Shown here: positions 19,930 to 31,316 of the stretch, one piece after another
How positions within the stretch are numbered: position 1 is the stretch's first letter
Layout: each line of letters starts with the position of its first letter
Assembly (NCBI GenBank): GCA_030656615.1
Contig: JAUSOY010000017.1
Span: forward strand, 50,153-114,152
Reading direction: 5' to 3'
Length of the DNA: 64,000 nt
Origin: Bacteroidales bacterium
GTDB taxonomy: Bacteria > Bacteroidota > Bacteroidia > Bacteroidales > TTA-H9
Program-made: the position numbers and the translations under genes
Notes under the pieces: model-generated
Told to the model about the DNA's origin: nothing
The model's input: the letters and a program-made list of their open reading frames with translations, nothing else
Database searches by the model: none

Positions 19930-22900
19930 TTAGTATCCAAAAATATCTTCCAATTTTAGTGTTGTGATTTTTCCATATTTACTCAAAACATCCATATTTA
20001 GCTGTTCTGATTTTCCGAGAATACAAATTCTGAATTTTTTATTTTTCAGATTTTTATCTGAAAATGCCTTGATATCAGAAAACTTCATTGAATTCACTTT
20101 TTCATACACATCGCGCCGAACATCATAATCGATTCCCAACTTACGGTTCGTAATATATTGTTTAAGAATACCTGATTTGGGAATTCGCTCGGTACGTATT
20201 TTGCTCAAAAGACCGTTTTTATCACCCAAAAATGAATTCGTGGCCTCGGGCATATTGTTGTATAATTCGAACATCCCTTTCATGGCTTCTGGCAGCTTAT
20301 CGTTTTGTGTACCCACATAACCAAAAAGACTGTTATTTTCGCCCTTATAACGCGATGAATTATATGATCCGGTGGCGGTATAAGCCAATGCTTTTGCTTC
20401 ACGAATATCCTGAAAAACAATATTTCCAAAATACTCATTAAACATCGATACCACAGGAACATCTAATGGGCTATAAATTCCTGATTTTGAAACCAGAGCG
20501 ATATCTACTTGTTTCATTTCATAATCCACAACATACACTTGACTTTCTACAACATCAAGCATCGGATACTTAACCGTAGCAGGAACCGGTTTCAAGGTCA
20601 TGGGCACTTTATGATTCTTACGAAGAATACTTACCACTTCAGCGGCGGGTTTATCTCCATAGTAAAACACTTCATGCTGAAATCCCGACAGACCTCTAAT
20701 AAGCGTTGTAAGTTCATCGGCTTTAAGATTACGAAGTTCGTTTTCTGATAACACATTCGTAAAGGCTGATTTAGGACCGTATTGTGCATATTGTATCATA
20801 GCACCAAGAATGGAACGCTTATTCAATTTTGCATCGGCTCTGGCCTTTAAAATATCTTCTATAAGATTATCTAGCTTGGTCTGATTGGGTTGGGGATTTG
20901 TAATAATACTTTCGAACAGTACCAGAGCTGCTTCCATATTTGAGCTTAATCCGCTAAGGTTTATCGTTATTTCCCTATCGTTTACCCGTACATCATAATC
21001 GCATGCTAACTTAAAAAATTCTTGTTTGAGTTGTTCAGGACTCATACTTACTGTTCCAAGAAATGGTAAATATTGCGTAGCAATAGCCAGTTTCAAATCA
21101 TTTTGTGAACCCATATCGAATCGAAAACTAAGGTCGAAGAGTTCGTTCGTCGTATTCTTAACGCTATATACTTTTATACCTCCTGAAGCATTTTGAACGA
21201 GAATTTCTTTTTTAAAGTCGACGAAAACGGGCTCAACGGGTTTCGGTTTACTATTTCGAATATTTGTTAAAAATTCCGATTCGGCTGTACGATTTAAATC
21301 AACTGGTGTAATTACCGGCTTTTCAATTTTTTCCGTTTCAGTAGGAATACCCGTTTTTTTATAAACAGCTACATAATTACTGTTCAATATCTGACGGGCG
21401 AATTTCTGTATACCAAGTGGAATTATCGTAGACTGCCTATCAAATTGATTTACAAAATCCTCATAGGATGCATCCTGAACAAAAACATCGGCTATTGCTA
21501 GAGCTCTTGAGTCGGTTTTTTCCATAGATTTTAAATGATCGAGTTTTTGATTACTGATAGCAGCAGGCATCAACCATTCTGGAAAATCACCGCTTTCAAT
21601 TAATCGCAATTGAGCCAGCAATAAATCACGAACTTCATCAAGGCTCTGACCCGTTTTTGGAGAACCATAAAGAATAAACGTTGAATAATCAGCGCCAATA
21701 TCCATAAATGTTCCAGCACCCATCGCTTTCTGTGCAAGATTAATATTTAAATCGATCAGACCTGCTTTTCCATTGGATAACATTTCAGAAATAAGCCTCA
21801 ACATATCAACATCGGGTGACTTTGCACCTCCCAAACGGAATCCAATCATAACACTTTCCGCATCGGGACCAATCACTTCCCTGATTTCAGATTTAAGTAT
21901 GGGGTCTTCAACCACCACTTTCCAATCCTGCAATTTTCCTTGTGGTATACTTCCAAATTCGCGATCGATTTTTGCAATGATGGTATCGGGATTAAAATCT
22001 CCTGAAAGAACAATGGCCATATTATTAGGAACATACCTTTGACCGTAATAATCCTTTAAGGCTTTGATGGATGGGTTTTTCAAATGTTCTACCGAGCCAA
22101 GAGTTGTTTGAGTGCCATAGGTATGCTTTTTAAAAAGGCCTGCATAAAGACTTTCCCAGGCCTTACTCCCATCGCGGTCGAGACTCATGTTTTTTTCTTC
22201 ATACACGGTTTCCAGTTCAGTATGAAAAATCCGGAAAACAGGTTTAGTAAAACGATCACGTTCGATGGTTAGCCAATTGTCAAACTGATTCGTCGGAATA
22301 TCATTGATATAGACCGTTTGATCAGAACCAGTAAAAGCATTCGTTCCACGGGCACCAATGGTGGTAAGTAGTTTATCATATTCGTTGGCTATGGCAAATT
22401 TTGCTGCCACGCCCGAAATGGAATCAATACGATGGTAAATCGCCTGACGAAGGGTATTGTCCGTCGAATTTCTGTATTCCTCAAAAAGCGATTCGATTTT
22501 CTGAAGCTCGGCATTTTCCAGTACAAAATCTGCCGTTCCGTAGGTGCTTGTACCTTTAAACATCATGTGTTCGAGGTAATGCGACATACCGGTATTATCG
22601 GTAGGGTCATTTTTACTTCCTGTACGTACAGCAATCGCTGTATAAATACGCGGAGCATCCGCTAAAACACTCATATACACCTTTAATCCATTCTGAAGCG
22701 TATAAATACGCGTTTTAAGGGCATCGCCCGATACGGTATCATACAAATACGTTTGTTGAACTCTTTGTTCTTTCTGGATGGACAAATCGCGCTTTTTTTC
22801 AGCCTCCGCAGAAAGGCCCTCCTCCGCATTCGTTTTTTGAGCAAAACCAAAAAACGGCAAACTCAGTACACAAGCCAGCAAAAGCAAACGTAAGGCTGAT

Positions 22901-22935
22901 TTGTTCGATCGATTAACCAATTCACTTGTTTTCAT
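19930..22935 (-). CDS. M16 (pitrilysin/insulinase) family zinc peptidase, secreted, double-length
   Basis: 1001 aa with a signal peptide and the inverted zinc motif HYLEHMMFKG (HxxEH). Confidence 0.85.
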   Translation of the reverse strand: MKTSELVNRSNKSALRLLLLACVLSLPFFGFAQKTNAEEGLSAEAEKKRDLSIQKEQRVQQTYLYDTVSGDALKTRIYTLQNGLKVYMSVLADAPRIYTAIAVRTGSKNDPTDNTGMSHYLEHMMFKGTSTYGTADFVLENAELQKIESLFEEYRNSTDNTLRQAIYHRIDSISGVAAKFAIANEYDKLLTTIGARGTNAFTGSDQTVYINDIPTNQFDNWLTIERDRFTKPVFRIFHTELETVYEEKNMSLDRDGSKAWESLYAGLFKKHTYGTQTTLGSVEHLKNPSIKALKDYYGQRYVPNNMAIVLSGDFNPDTIIAKIDREFGSIPQGKLQDWKVVVEDPILKSEIREVIGPDAESVMIGFRLGGAKSPDVDMLRLISEMLSNGKAGLIDLNINLAQKAMGAGTFMDIGADYSTFILYGSPKTGQSLDEVRDLLLAQLRLIESGDFPEWLMPAAISNQKLDHLKSMEKTDSRALAIADVFVQDASYEDFVNQFDRQSTIIPLGIQKFARQILNSNYVAVYKKTGIPTETEKIEKPVITPVDLNRTAESEFLTNIRNSKPKPVEPVFVDFKKEILVQNASGGIKVYSVKNTTNELFDLSFRFDMGSQNDLKLAIATQYLPFLGTVSMSPEQLKQEFFKLACDYDVRVNDREITINLSGLSSNMEAALVLFESIITNPQPNQTKLDNLIEDILKARADAKLNKRSILGAMIQYAQYGPKSAFTNVLSENELRNLKADELTTLIRGLSGFQHEVFYYGDKPAAEVVSILRKNHKVPMTLKPVPATVKYPMLDVVESQVYVVDYEMKQVDIALVSKSGIYSPLDVPVVSMFNEYFGNIVFQDIREAKALAYTATGSYNSSRYKGENNSLFGYVGTQNDKLPEAMKGMFELYNNMPEATNSFLGDKNGLLSKIRTERIPKSGILKQYITNRKLGIDYDVRRDVYEKVNSMKFSDIKAFSDKNLKNKKFRICILGKSEQLNMDVLSKYGKITTLKLEDIFGY

Positions 22936-23052
22936 TCATTCGGTAGATTAGGGGATTCTATTTTACTTAATAAACTATTATTTATTGTCGAAAAGCTATT
23001 TATTATCCAAGATTTGTATTTCATTCAATGAGACGTTCCGAAATACGATGTG

Positions 23053-24999
23053 TTACAGTATTGAGTTATCCAATGCATCGAGCCGCGAATGCAATTCCTC
23101 CCATTCGTGTAAATATCGATCTAATGTTTTACGGTCTTCATCATATTTTTTATAAAATTGAGCCGTATGTAAAACAGCATTGTCAGGATTGGCAATGCTA
23201 TTATCCATTTGCTCCAAAGAAGATTCTGCCGAAGCAATCCGATTTTCAATTTCTTCAATTTGTTGACTAATTTTTCTGCGATCGCGATCGATGCCTTTTT
23301 TCTTTTCGCGATACAACTGATTATCTGTTGGCAAAGCCTCATTTTTCGCTTGAGCTGTATTTAGTGCAGCTGTTTCCAAATCTTTCAGACTGCTTAACTT
23401 GCGCGATTCAAGAAAATCGTATACATCGCCAATGTGCTCATAAATCTGCTGATTTCTGAATTCAAATACGCGATTTGTCAGTCCCTGTAGAAAATCACGG
23501 TCATGCGAAACAATAATCAGTGTTCCATTAAACTCGAGCAGCGCAGATTTAAGAATATCTTTTGAAAGCATGTCGAGATGGTTGGTGGGCTCATCAAGTA
23601 CAAGAACATTATACGGTGTGAGGAGAAGTTTTGCTAAGGCAAGACGGGTTTTTTCACCACCCGAAAGAACTTTTACCTTTTTATCAATGGCATCACCGCC
23701 AAACAAAAAACTGCCCAGGATTGCACGGATTTTTGGACGAACTTCTCCGACTGCAATTTCATCAAGTGTTTGAAATACCGTAATTTCACCATTAAGCATG
23801 GCCGCCTGATTTTGAGCAAAATAACCCATTTGAATTTTATGTCCCGGGGTAATTTTTCCAATAAAATCCAATTCGCCGGTAAGAATACGCGATAAGGTTG
23901 TTTTTCCCTCTCCGTTTCGTCCGACGAAGGCTATTTTGTCGGAATTAATAATTTTGAAATTCAGGTTTTTCAGTACCTGAAGTTTCCCATATGATTTTGA
24001 AATCTTTTCCGCATCAAAAATCACTTTGCCGGCATGAGGGGCTTGCGGAAACTTAAAATAAATTGAGCTCTGATCGATAACATCAACATCGATGGTATCC
24101 ATCTTTTCGAGCATTTTAATGCGGCTTTGAACCTGACGTGATTTCGTTGATTTATATCTAAAACGCTCCACAAAACGCTCAATCTGAGCAATCTGCCGCT
24201 GTTGATTTTCCATAGCAGCCATCTGCACACTAATCTGTTCTTCGCGAAGCAGTACATAATCACTATAGCCGGCCTTATAATCATAAATGCGGGCATTCAT
24301 TATTTCGATGGTGCGGTTGGTTACATTATCAAGAAATGCCCTGTCATGCGAAACCAGAACCAAGGCACCTGGGTACGATTCTATCCATTCTTCAAGCCAG
24401 GTAATGGAAACTATATCCAAATGATTGGTAGGCTCATCAAGCAGAAGCAGGTCGGGTCTTTTAAGAAGGATCTTTGCCAATTCAACCCTCATTTGCCAGC
24501 CACTACTAAATTCGGTCATTGCTCGATTAAAATCAGAATGCTCGAATCCCAATCCGAGCAACACTTTTTCGGTTTCAGCCCTGAGGGTACTTCCTCCGGT
24601 CATATCAAACCGCTCCTGGGCTTCGTGGAGATCTTCGATAAGACGTAAATATGAATCTGAATTAAAATCTTCGCGATGAGCCAATTCCAGACCAATTTCT
24701 TCAGCCTTTCGACCCCATTTCAAGGTTTCTTCAAAAGCTATCATGGCCTCGTCTATGATGTTTTTATCACCATTTGGCACCATTTCCTGAGGTAAATAAC
24801 CCAGAGTATAATCGCCAGGCCAAGAAATCTGGCCCGTTTCAGGAGCCAATTGATTGGCAAGAATTTTGAGCAGGGTAGATTTCCCGGCGCCATTTTTTCC
24901 TACCAATCCAACCCGGTCGCGTGGATTAACAATGAATGAAACGTCGGAAAAAAGATCGACGCCTGTAAAGTGAATGCTTAGATGATTAACCGATACCAT
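23053..24999 (-). CDS. ABC-F family ATPase (two ABC domains plus C-terminal coiled coil)
   Basis: There are two Walker A sites (GKNGAGKST and GRNGEGKTT), two LSGG signatures and no TM domain. The start is set at MVSVNHLSIHF (CAT at 24997-24999). Confidence 0.85.
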   Translation of the reverse strand: MVSVNHLSIHFTGVDLFSDVSFIVNPRDRVGLVGKNGAGKSTLLKILANQLAPETGQISWPGDYTLGYLPQEMVPNGDKNIIDEAMIAFEETLKWGRKAEEIGLELAHREDFNSDSYLRLIEDLHEAQERFDMTGGSTLRAETEKVLLGLGFEHSDFNRAMTEFSSGWQMRVELAKILLKRPDLLLLDEPTNHLDIVSITWLEEWIESYPGALVLVSHDRAFLDNVTNRTIEIMNARIYDYKAGYSDYVLLREEQISVQMAAMENQQRQIAQIERFVERFRYKSTKSRQVQSRIKMLEKMDTIDVDVIDQSSIYFKFPQAPHAGKVIFDAEKISKSYGKLQVLKNLNFKIINSDKIAFVGRNGEGKTTLSRILTGELDFIGKITPGHKIQMGYFAQNQAAMLNGEITVFQTLDEIAVGEVRPKIRAILGSFLFGGDAIDKKVKVLSGGEKTRLALAKLLLTPYNVLVLDEPTNHLDMLSKDILKSALLEFNGTLIIVSHDRDFLQGLTNRVFEFRNQQIYEHIGDVYDFLESRKLSSLKDLETAALNTAQAKNEALPTDNQLYREKKKGIDRDRRKISQQIEEIENRIASAESSLEQMDNSIANPDNAVLHTAQFYKKYDEDRKTLDRYLHEWEELHSRLDALDNSIL

Positions 25000-25092
25000 A
25001 ATGCGGCAAAGATACAAAGCTTATTGAATGAATAATTTTTTACAAACTATCCCAATGGCTTTCTTAACAACCGTATCAGACATTTCATTTTG

Positions 25093-25100
25093 TACTTTTG
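25093..25100 (+). promoter_or_regulatory. -7 promoter box (TACTTTTG) abutting the methyltransferase start
   Basis: Perfect TAnnTTTG match. The G lies 6 nt before the ATG at 25106 and 15 nt before the ATG at 25115. Confidence 0.45.
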
Positions 25101-25105
25101 CCACT

Positions 25106-25882
25106 ATGAATATCATGACCTCATACCTGAAATATTATTTAAAAGCTGAAACGGTCCACAATCTTCATTCACCTTTCATGTACAAGCTCGTAAGTGAGGT
25201 GGTCAATCGTAAAAGTTACCGGACGGAGTACTCAATTGCGGAAAATATTCGAAAAAAGATGCTTGGAAGTACTGAAAGTATTCAAATTATGGATTTCGGA
25301 ACCGGCGGTAAAAAACAGCAACAATACCAAAGAACCATTTCGAAAATTGCCGCTGAATCATCTAAGAAAAAAAAAGAAGGAAGACTATTATTCAGATTAT
25401 GCGAATACTTTAAACCCGACACCATACTTGAACTTGGCACATCGCTTGGAATCAGTAGCATTTACATGAAATCAGCTTATCCCAAAACCCAAATTACAAG
25501 CTTTGAGGGCAGTCCTGAAACCGCCGAATGGGCCAGGAAAAATTTTACCGAAAGCGGTTTTTCTGACATTACAGTCATCGTGGGAAACATTGACAAAACA
25601 CTGCCAGAATATCTCAAAAACAATATACTTCCCGATATTGTGTTCATCGATGCCAATCATGCCTATGAACCTTGTATCCGTTATTTTGAACTTCTGGCAA
25701 AAAATGCCCTTAATGATAGCCTGTTTATTTTTGATGATATACATTGGTCAGAAGGAATGGAAAATGCCTGGAATGAAATAAAAAAAGACGTAAGGGTAAC
25801 GGCCAGTGTCGATTTATACACGTTGGGGCTGGTGTTCTTTAAGAAAAAACTTAGCAAGCAGGATTTCACCATTTTCTTTTAA
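25106..25882 (+). CDS. class I SAM-dependent (O-)methyltransferase
   Basis: The SAM-binding region ILELGTSLGISSIYM and the motif VFIDANH are present. The tracked ORF begins at 25028, but the promoter box at 25093 lies inside that extension, so I prefer a start at 25106 or 25115. Confidence 0.65.
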   Translation: MNIMTSYLKYYLKAETVHNLHSPFMYKLVSEVVNRKSYRTEYSIAENIRKKMLGSTESIQIMDFGTGGKKQQQYQRTISKIAAESSKKKKEGRLLFRLCEYFKPDTILELGTSLGISSIYMKSAYPKTQITSFEGSPETAEWARKNFTESGFSDITVIVGNIDKTLPEYLKNNILPDIVFIDANHAYEPCIRYFELLAKNALNDSLFIFDDIHWSEGMENAWNEIKKDVRVTASVDLYTLGLVFFKKKLSKQDFTIFF

Positions 25883-26043
25883 CCCGGAGGAAGATTTCAA
25901 AATACCAAAGGCTTTTGCTACCTTTGATTCCCTTAAGTAATTTTTTTATTAATATCTGAAATGTTATGCATGTTCAGGCGTTAAACAAATGAAGCTTATT
26001 AGCAAATATTATATAATACGGACCATTTCTATTGCTTAAAACC

Positions 26044-26772
26044 ATGATGACCAAACAAGAACTCATTCGTCTGATCGATATAAAAAAACATTATCGCGTT
26101 GGAACTGAGGTTGTTAAAGCACTTCAGTCGATTAATTTGACCATTTATAAAAATGAATATGTAGCGCTCATGGGGGCTTCCGGATCTGGAAAATCTACGC
26201 TGATGAATATCCTGGGATGCCTGGATACTCCAACAGCGGGGCAATATATTCTGGCAAATCAGGATGTTAGTAAACTGAATGATAACGAACTGGCTGAAAT
26301 CAGAAACAAAGAAATCGGATTTGTTTTTCAGACTTTTAATCTTTTACCGCGCTCCTCTGCACTGGAAAATGTTGTTTTACCATTAATTTATGCAGGTCAG
26401 AAAAAAGAAGAGCGCAATGCCCGGGGTGTAGAAGTGTTAAATCAGGTTTATCTGGCTGATCGTATGGCCCATAAACCCAACGAATTATCCGGGGGACAGC
26501 GTCAAAGAGTGTCTATAGCAAGGGCTTTGGTTAACAATCCCTCAATAATTCTGGCTGACGAACCAACCGGTAATCTTGATTCTAAAACGTCCATCGAAAT
26601 TATGGCCCTTTTTGAAGAAATTCATTCTCTGGGAAATACCATCATTGTTGTTACCCACGAAGAAGAAATTGCTCGTCATGCACACCGCATCATCCGATTA
26701 AAAGATGGTTTGGTTGAAACCGATGAAATTAATTCTGAAATTAAAAAAGTTGAAGTAATTCGTTCATATTAA
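26044..26772 (+). CDS. ABC transporter ATP-binding protein (MacB/LolD-like)
   Basis: Walker [10 protein letters not shown], the signature LSGGQRQR and Walker [12 protein letters not shown] are present. The first ATG is at 26044, and no permease gene is adjacent. Confidence 0.8.
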   Translation: MMTKQELIRLIDIKKHYRVGTEVVKALQSINLTIYKNEYVALMGASGSGKSTLMNILGCLDTPTAGQYILANQDVSKLNDNELAEIRNKEIGFVFQTFNLLPRSSALENVVLPLIYAGQKKEERNARGVEVLNQVYLADRMAHKPNELSGGQRQRVSIARALVNNPSIILADEPTGNLDSKTSIEIMALFEEIHSLGNTIIVVTHEEEIARHAHRIIRLKDGLVETDEINSEIKKVEVIRSY

Positions 26773-26992
26773 CCTGAATACGTTCTTTTTGTCAGGTGAC
26801 CCTGGCATAAAATATTGGAAACACAAGACCTAGACTCTTTTAAGAGAATTTTTGTTTTTTTCGAATTCGCCAGATTGAACACCTGTTTTGGGGTTCGTAA
26901 ATTAATAAGCATCAGGCGATGGTTGGTTTTTATTAAAACGTTTATTACATATTTAGACCACTCTATGATTTTCATTATTTAATTGATTTGCG

Positions 26993-27553
26993 ATGGACAA
27001 CGAATGGAAAATTTATACTAAGACAGGTGATTTAGGGCTTACTTCCCTCATAGGTGGCGACAGAATAAAAAAATCAGACGATCGTATTGAAGCATATGGA
27101 TCGATTGACGAATTGAATTCCTTTATAGCCCTTGTAAGAGATTTGAGTTCAGATTCCGATGTTAGAGCAATACTGTTAGCTATAGAGGATAATTTATTCA
27201 CCATCGAATCCTATTTTGCTGCTGCTACGCTTACTGCAATTGAAACGCTTCCACACATTCAAGAAGAAGACATTGAGAATCTTGAACAGGAAATTGATAA
27301 AATGAATGAGAATATTCCTCCACTCAATTCATTTATTTTGCCCGGAGGCCATCCGTTAATCAGCCAGACTCATATCGCACGCACAGTTTGCCGTCGTGCA
27401 GAGCGTGCAGCCATAAGGGTAATGCGCGATTCGTCTCACGAAAAAATGGCCATAAAATACCTCAACAGACTTTCAGATTATCTTTTTGTTTTGGCACGAA
27501 AATTTGCCGTTGATCTGAAAATTAAAGAAATAAAATGGGAACCTTCTTATTAA
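26993..27553 (+). CDS. ATP:cob(I)alamin adenosyltransferase, PduO type
   Basis: 186 aa. IYTKTGDLGLTSL...RIEAYGSIDELNS and ...CRRAERA are typical of the PduO/MMAB family. Confidence 0.85.
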   Translation: MDNEWKIYTKTGDLGLTSLIGGDRIKKSDDRIEAYGSIDELNSFIALVRDLSSDSDVRAILLAIEDNLFTIESYFAAATLTAIETLPHIQEEDIENLEQEIDKMNENIPPLNSFILPGGHPLISQTHIARTVCRRAERAAIRVMRDSSHEKMAIKYLNRLSDYLFVLARKFAVDLKIKEIKWEPSY

Positions 27554-27601
27554 TTTTTTGAAAAATAAAGATTTATCTTGTTATTCTTATCATAATTATT
27601 A

Positions 27602-27609
27602 TACTTTTG
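27602..27609 (+). promoter_or_regulatory. -7 promoter box (TACTTTTG)
   Basis: Perfect TAnnTTTG match, 32 nt before the ATG at 27641. Confidence 0.45.
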
Positions 27610-27640
27610 CAAAAACCTAACGGAATCAAATAGCGTATAT

Positions 27641-27862
27641 ATGTATTGGACACTCGAACTTGCTTCAAAACTGGAAGATGCACCTTGGCCAGCCACCAAA
27701 GAGGAATTAATTGATTTCGCCATAAGAACAGGTGCTCCTCAAGAGGTCATAGAAAATCTCTCTGAAATTGAGGATGAGGGTGAAATGTATGAAAGCATTG
27801 AGGACCTTTGGCCCGATTATCCTACGAAAGAGGATTTTTTCTTCCACGAGGACGAATATTAA
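27641..27862 (+). CDS. small acidic DUF2795-like protein
   Basis: 73 aa. WPATKEELIDFAIRTGAPQEVIENL resembles the DUF2795 motif. A promoter box lies upstream and a terminator downstream. Confidence 0.6.
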   Translation: MYWTLELASKLEDAPWPATKEELIDFAIRTGAPQEVIENLSEIEDEGEMYESIEDLWPDYPTKEDFFFHEDEY

Positions 27863-27882
27863 AAATGGATAAAAGATTTAAG

Positions 27883-27910
27883 AAGCAGGGTTTTTGCCCT
27901 GCTTTTTCTG
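27883..27910 (+). terminator. rho-independent terminator
   Basis: The stem AAGCAGGG/CCCTGCTT has a 6-nt loop and is followed by TTTTCTGTTT. Confidence 0.8.
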
Positions 27911-27962
27911 TTTATCAAATCTACTTGCGTTAATAACTTAATTAAACAGCAGTATTTTTGAG

Positions 27963-27970
27963 TAAATTTG
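27963..27970 (+). promoter_or_regulatory. -7 promoter box (TAAATTTG) upstream of secA
   Basis: Perfect TAnnTTTG match, 50 nt before the ATG. Confidence 0.4.
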
Positions 27971-28019
27971 CCCTTTAAACGTCACCAAACCCGAGTATAA
28001 AAAACTTATATAATACCCT

Positions 28020-31000
28020 ATGTTAGGCCTTCTAAAGAGAATTCTTGGTAATAAATCCAACCGGGATGTCGGCGAACTTACACCGATGTTAAACAAAATC
28101 CATCAGGCATACGAACAGATTAAACTGCTTGATAATGACAGTTTACGAGAAAAAACACAGGAATTCCGAAATATTATCGCGGAAAGTATTCGTACCGAAG
28201 AAGAAGGTATTAAAAGCCTGAAGCTTCAAATTGACGAAAATCTTGAAATGGATGTAGACGAAAAGGAAAAACTCTACAAACAAATCGACGAGCTTGGTAA
28301 GGTATTATATCAGAAATCGCAGGAATGCCTCAACGATATTTTACCGGAGGCCTTCAGCGTTATGAAAGAAACGGCCAGAAGACTTAAGGAAAATGAATGG
28401 ACCGAAGTTACGGCCACCGACAGAGATCGTGAACTTGCAACCCGTAAAATCAATGTTGAAATTACCGGTGATAAGGCACGCTACCGTAATCAATGGCTGG
28501 CAGGCGGTAATACAATTACCTGGGACATGGTACATTATGATGTGCAGCTCATCGGTGGTATTGTACTTCATCAGGGTAAAATTGCTGAAATGGCAACAGG
28601 GGAAGGAAAAACACTGGTTGCAACGCTTCCCGTATATCTCAATGCACTTACCGGTAAAGGTGTTCATATAGTTACCGTAAACGATTACCTGGCCAAACGT
28701 GACTCAGAATGGATGGGGATGCTTTTTGAATTTCACGGTCTTTCTGTCGATTGCATCGACCGGCACGAACCCAATTCAGACGCACGCCGCAAAGCATATA
28801 ATGCCGATATAACCTACGGAACAAATAATGAATACGGCTTCGATTATCTACGTGATAATATGACTTCGAACCCTGAAGAACTGGTTCAAAGAGAACATAT
28901 TTATACCATCGTGGATGAAGTTGATTCGGTTCTTATTGATGACGCCCGTACACCGCTTATTATTTCAGGGCCCACTCCACGTGGCGAAGATCAATTGTTC
29001 GATGAGCTTAAACCTCAGGTTAATAAGTTACATGTTGCACAAAAAAATCTTGTAACTAAACTGCTTGCCGAAGCAAAAAACCTGCTTGGAAATAACCCTT
29101 CCGACGAAAATGAAAAAAAAGGTGGTGAATTACTATTACGGGCTCACCACGGCTTGCCAAAGAACAAAGCCATAATCAAATTTCTTAGCGAACCTGGTAT
29201 GAGATCTCTGCTTCAGAAAACAGAAAATTTCTATATGGCCGAGCAGAGTAAAAATATGCACATTATTGATGATGACCTTTTCTTTGTTATTGATGAAAAA
29301 AATAACAGCATTGAGCTAACCGATAAAGGCATCGATATTCTGACCGAATCATATCAGGAAGGTAAATTTTTTATTCTTCCCGATGTTGGAGCTGAAATTG
29401 CCGATATCGAAAAGTCCAATATGGGCGAATCAGAAAAAGAAGAAAAGAAAAGTGAACTGATGCGCGATTTTAGCATCAAATCAGAGCGGGTTCATACGGT
29501 TCATCAGCTTCTCAAAGCATATACCCTCTTCGAAAAAGACAATGAATATGTTGTGATGGACAACAAAATTAAAATTGTTGATGAACAAACCGGACGTATT
29601 CTGGAAGGTCGCCGTTATTCTGATGGATTACATCAGGCCATAGAAGCCAAGGAAAATGTAAAAATTGAAGCCGCCACACAAACATACGCCACGGTTACCT
29701 TGCAGAATTATTTCCGTATGTATAAAAAACTTGCCGGTATGACCGGTACAGCCGAAACGGAAGCAGGAGAACTCTGGGACATTTACAAACTGGATGTGGT
29801 GGTTATTCCAACCAACAAACCCATAACCCGCCAGGATAGAGAAGATTTAGTTTATAAAACCAAACGCGAAAAATTTAACGCGGTTATCGACGAAATAGAA
29901 AATCTCACAAAAAATGGTCGCCCGGTACTTGTTGGTACCACAACGGTTGACACCTCCGAATTGCTCAGCCGAATGCTTACTTTACGCCGCATTCAACATA
30001 ATGTACTGAATGCTAAACTCCACGCGAGAGAAGCAGATATCGTTGCCAATGCCGGGAAAGCATCGTCCGTAACCATCGCTACGAATATGGCCGGTCGTGG
30101 TACCGACATCAAGCTCGGGCCCGGCGTTAAAGAAGCGGGTGGATTAGCCATCATTGGTACTGAACGACATGAATCGAGACGCGTCGACAGACAGCTTCGC
30201 GGACGTTCAGGACGTCAAGGAGATCCAGGAAGTTCTCAGTTCTTTGTTTCGCTCGAGGATGACCTGATGCGTCTATTTGGCTCTGAAAGAATTGCCAAAA
30301 TCATGGACAGACTTGGCCTCCAAGAAGGAGAAGAAATTCAACATTCGATGATTACCAAATCCATCGAAAGAGCACAAAAGAAGGTTGAAGAAAACAACTT
30401 CGGAATCCGTAAACGTTTGCTTGAGTATGACGACGTGATGAACTCACAACGCGAAGTTATATACAGCCGTCGTCGTAATGCATTACATGGTGAACGTCTG
30501 GCGCTTGATATTAAAAACATGTTTGAAGATGTTTGCGAAAATGTTATCAATGAATTTGCCGATCAACGCGACTTTCAGGGCTTCCGTATGGAAACGCTTA
30601 AAGTACTTGCCATGGATGCCCCTTTTAAAGAAGAACAATTTCTTGACAATTCCAAAGCCTCTTTAACCGCTTTACTTTTTGAATCAGCCTTCAAACGCTA
30701 TAAAACCAAAAATCTACATCTGGCCGAAAAAGCATATCCAGTCATTAAAGATGTTTACGAGAACAACTCCAAATACGAACTCATTGCGATTCCAATTACC
30801 GACGGATTTAAACAAATGCCCGTTGTAGTCAGTCTGAAAAAAGCATATAACGATCACGGACGAGAAATTTTACTCTCGCTGGAAAAATCCATCACCCTTG
30901 GAATTATTGACAATGCATGGAAAGAACATCTCCGCGAAATGGATGAACTGAAACAGTCGGTTCAAAATGCGGTATATGAACAAAAAGATCCATTGCTGAT

Positions 31001-31304
31001 ATATAAATTCGAATCCTTTGAGCTATTCTCACAAATGCTCAATAAAATAAACAAGGATATTACTGCCTTCCTTATAAAAGCCAATCTTCCTGGTCAGGAA
31101 ACAGAAGTCCGTGAAGCTCAGGCTCCCCGCCGGACTGATATGAGTCGGTTAAAACAGGAAAGAACGGATCTCTTATCTCAGGCCAGTCCGACTTCCGAAG
31201 CCGGCAAACCAGCACCGGTTAAGGTTGAAAAGAAAGTTGGAAGAAACGACCCTTGTCCTTGTGGTAGTGGTAAAAAATTCAAAAACTGTCATGGCAGAGA
31301 TTAA
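28020..31304 (+). CDS. secA: preprotein translocase ATPase SecA
   Basis: 1094 aa with the DEAD-like motor motifs [30 protein letters not shown] and [10 protein letters not shown]. The C-terminal zinc finger [14 protein letters not shown] is present. Confidence 0.95.
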   Translation: MLGLLKRILGNKSNRDVGELTPMLNKIHQAYEQIKLLDNDSLREKTQEFRNIIAESIRTEEEGIKSLKLQIDENLEMDVDEKEKLYKQIDELGKVLYQKSQECLNDILPEAFSVMKETARRLKENEWTEVTATDRDRELATRKINVEITGDKARYRNQWLAGGNTITWDMVHYDVQLIGGIVLHQGKIAEMATGEGKTLVATLPVYLNALTGKGVHIVTVNDYLAKRDSEWMGMLFEFHGLSVDCIDRHEPNSDARRKAYNADITYGTNNEYGFDYLRDNMTSNPEELVQREHIYTIVDEVDSVLIDDARTPLIISGPTPRGEDQLFDELKPQVNKLHVAQKNLVTKLLAEAKNLLGNNPSDENEKKGGELLLRAHHGLPKNKAIIKFLSEPGMRSLLQKTENFYMAEQSKNMHIIDDDLFFVIDEKNNSIELTDKGIDILTESYQEGKFFILPDVGAEIADIEKSNMGESEKEEKKSELMRDFSIKSERVHTVHQLLKAYTLFEKDNEYVVMDNKIKIVDEQTGRILEGRRYSDGLHQAIEAKENVKIEAATQTYATVTLQNYFRMYKKLAGMTGTAETEAGELWDIYKLDVVVIPTNKPITRQDREDLVYKTKREKFNAVIDEIENLTKNGRPVLVGTTTVDTSELLSRMLTLRRIQHNVLNAKLHAREADIVANAGKASSVTIATNMAGRGTDIKLGPGVKEAGGLAIIGTERHESRRVDRQLRGRSGRQGDPGSSQFFVSLEDDLMRLFGSERIAKIMDRLGLQEGEEIQHSMITKSIERAQKKVEENNFGIRKRLLEYDDVMNSQREVIYSRRRNALHGERLALDIKNMFEDVCENVINEFADQRDFQGFRMETLKVLAMDAPFKEEQFLDNSKASLTALLFESAFKRYKTKNLHLAEKAYPVIKDVYENNSKYELIAIPITDGFKQMPVVVSLKKAYNDHGREILLSLEKSITLGIIDNAWKEHLREMDELKQSVQNAVYEQKDPLLIYKFESFELFSQMLNKINKDITAFLIKANLPGQETEVREAQAPRRTDMSRLKQERTDLLSQASPTSEAGKPAPVKVEKKVGRNDPCPCGSGKKFKNCHGRD

Positions 31305-31316
31305 AATCCTCATCCT

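Noticed and set aside
26773-26992. Possible cobalamin riboswitch in the 220-nt region upstream of the PduO-type adenosyltransferase gene.
   Set aside because: I could not find a B12-box-like element (consensus roughly AGYCMGGNGACCKGCC) or the flanking conserved GGTTCC/GCCACTG-type segments on either strand. The region is AT-rich with no obvious multi-stem structure. Only cmscan could settle this.
27492-27507. Sigma-54-like promoter TGGCACgaaaatTTGC near the 3' end of the adenosyltransferase gene, upstream of the DUF2795 gene.
   Set aside because: The spacing between TGGCAC and TTGC is 6 nt rather than the required 5. The site lies inside coding sequence, and a good TAnnTTTG box (27602-27609) already accounts for the downstream gene.
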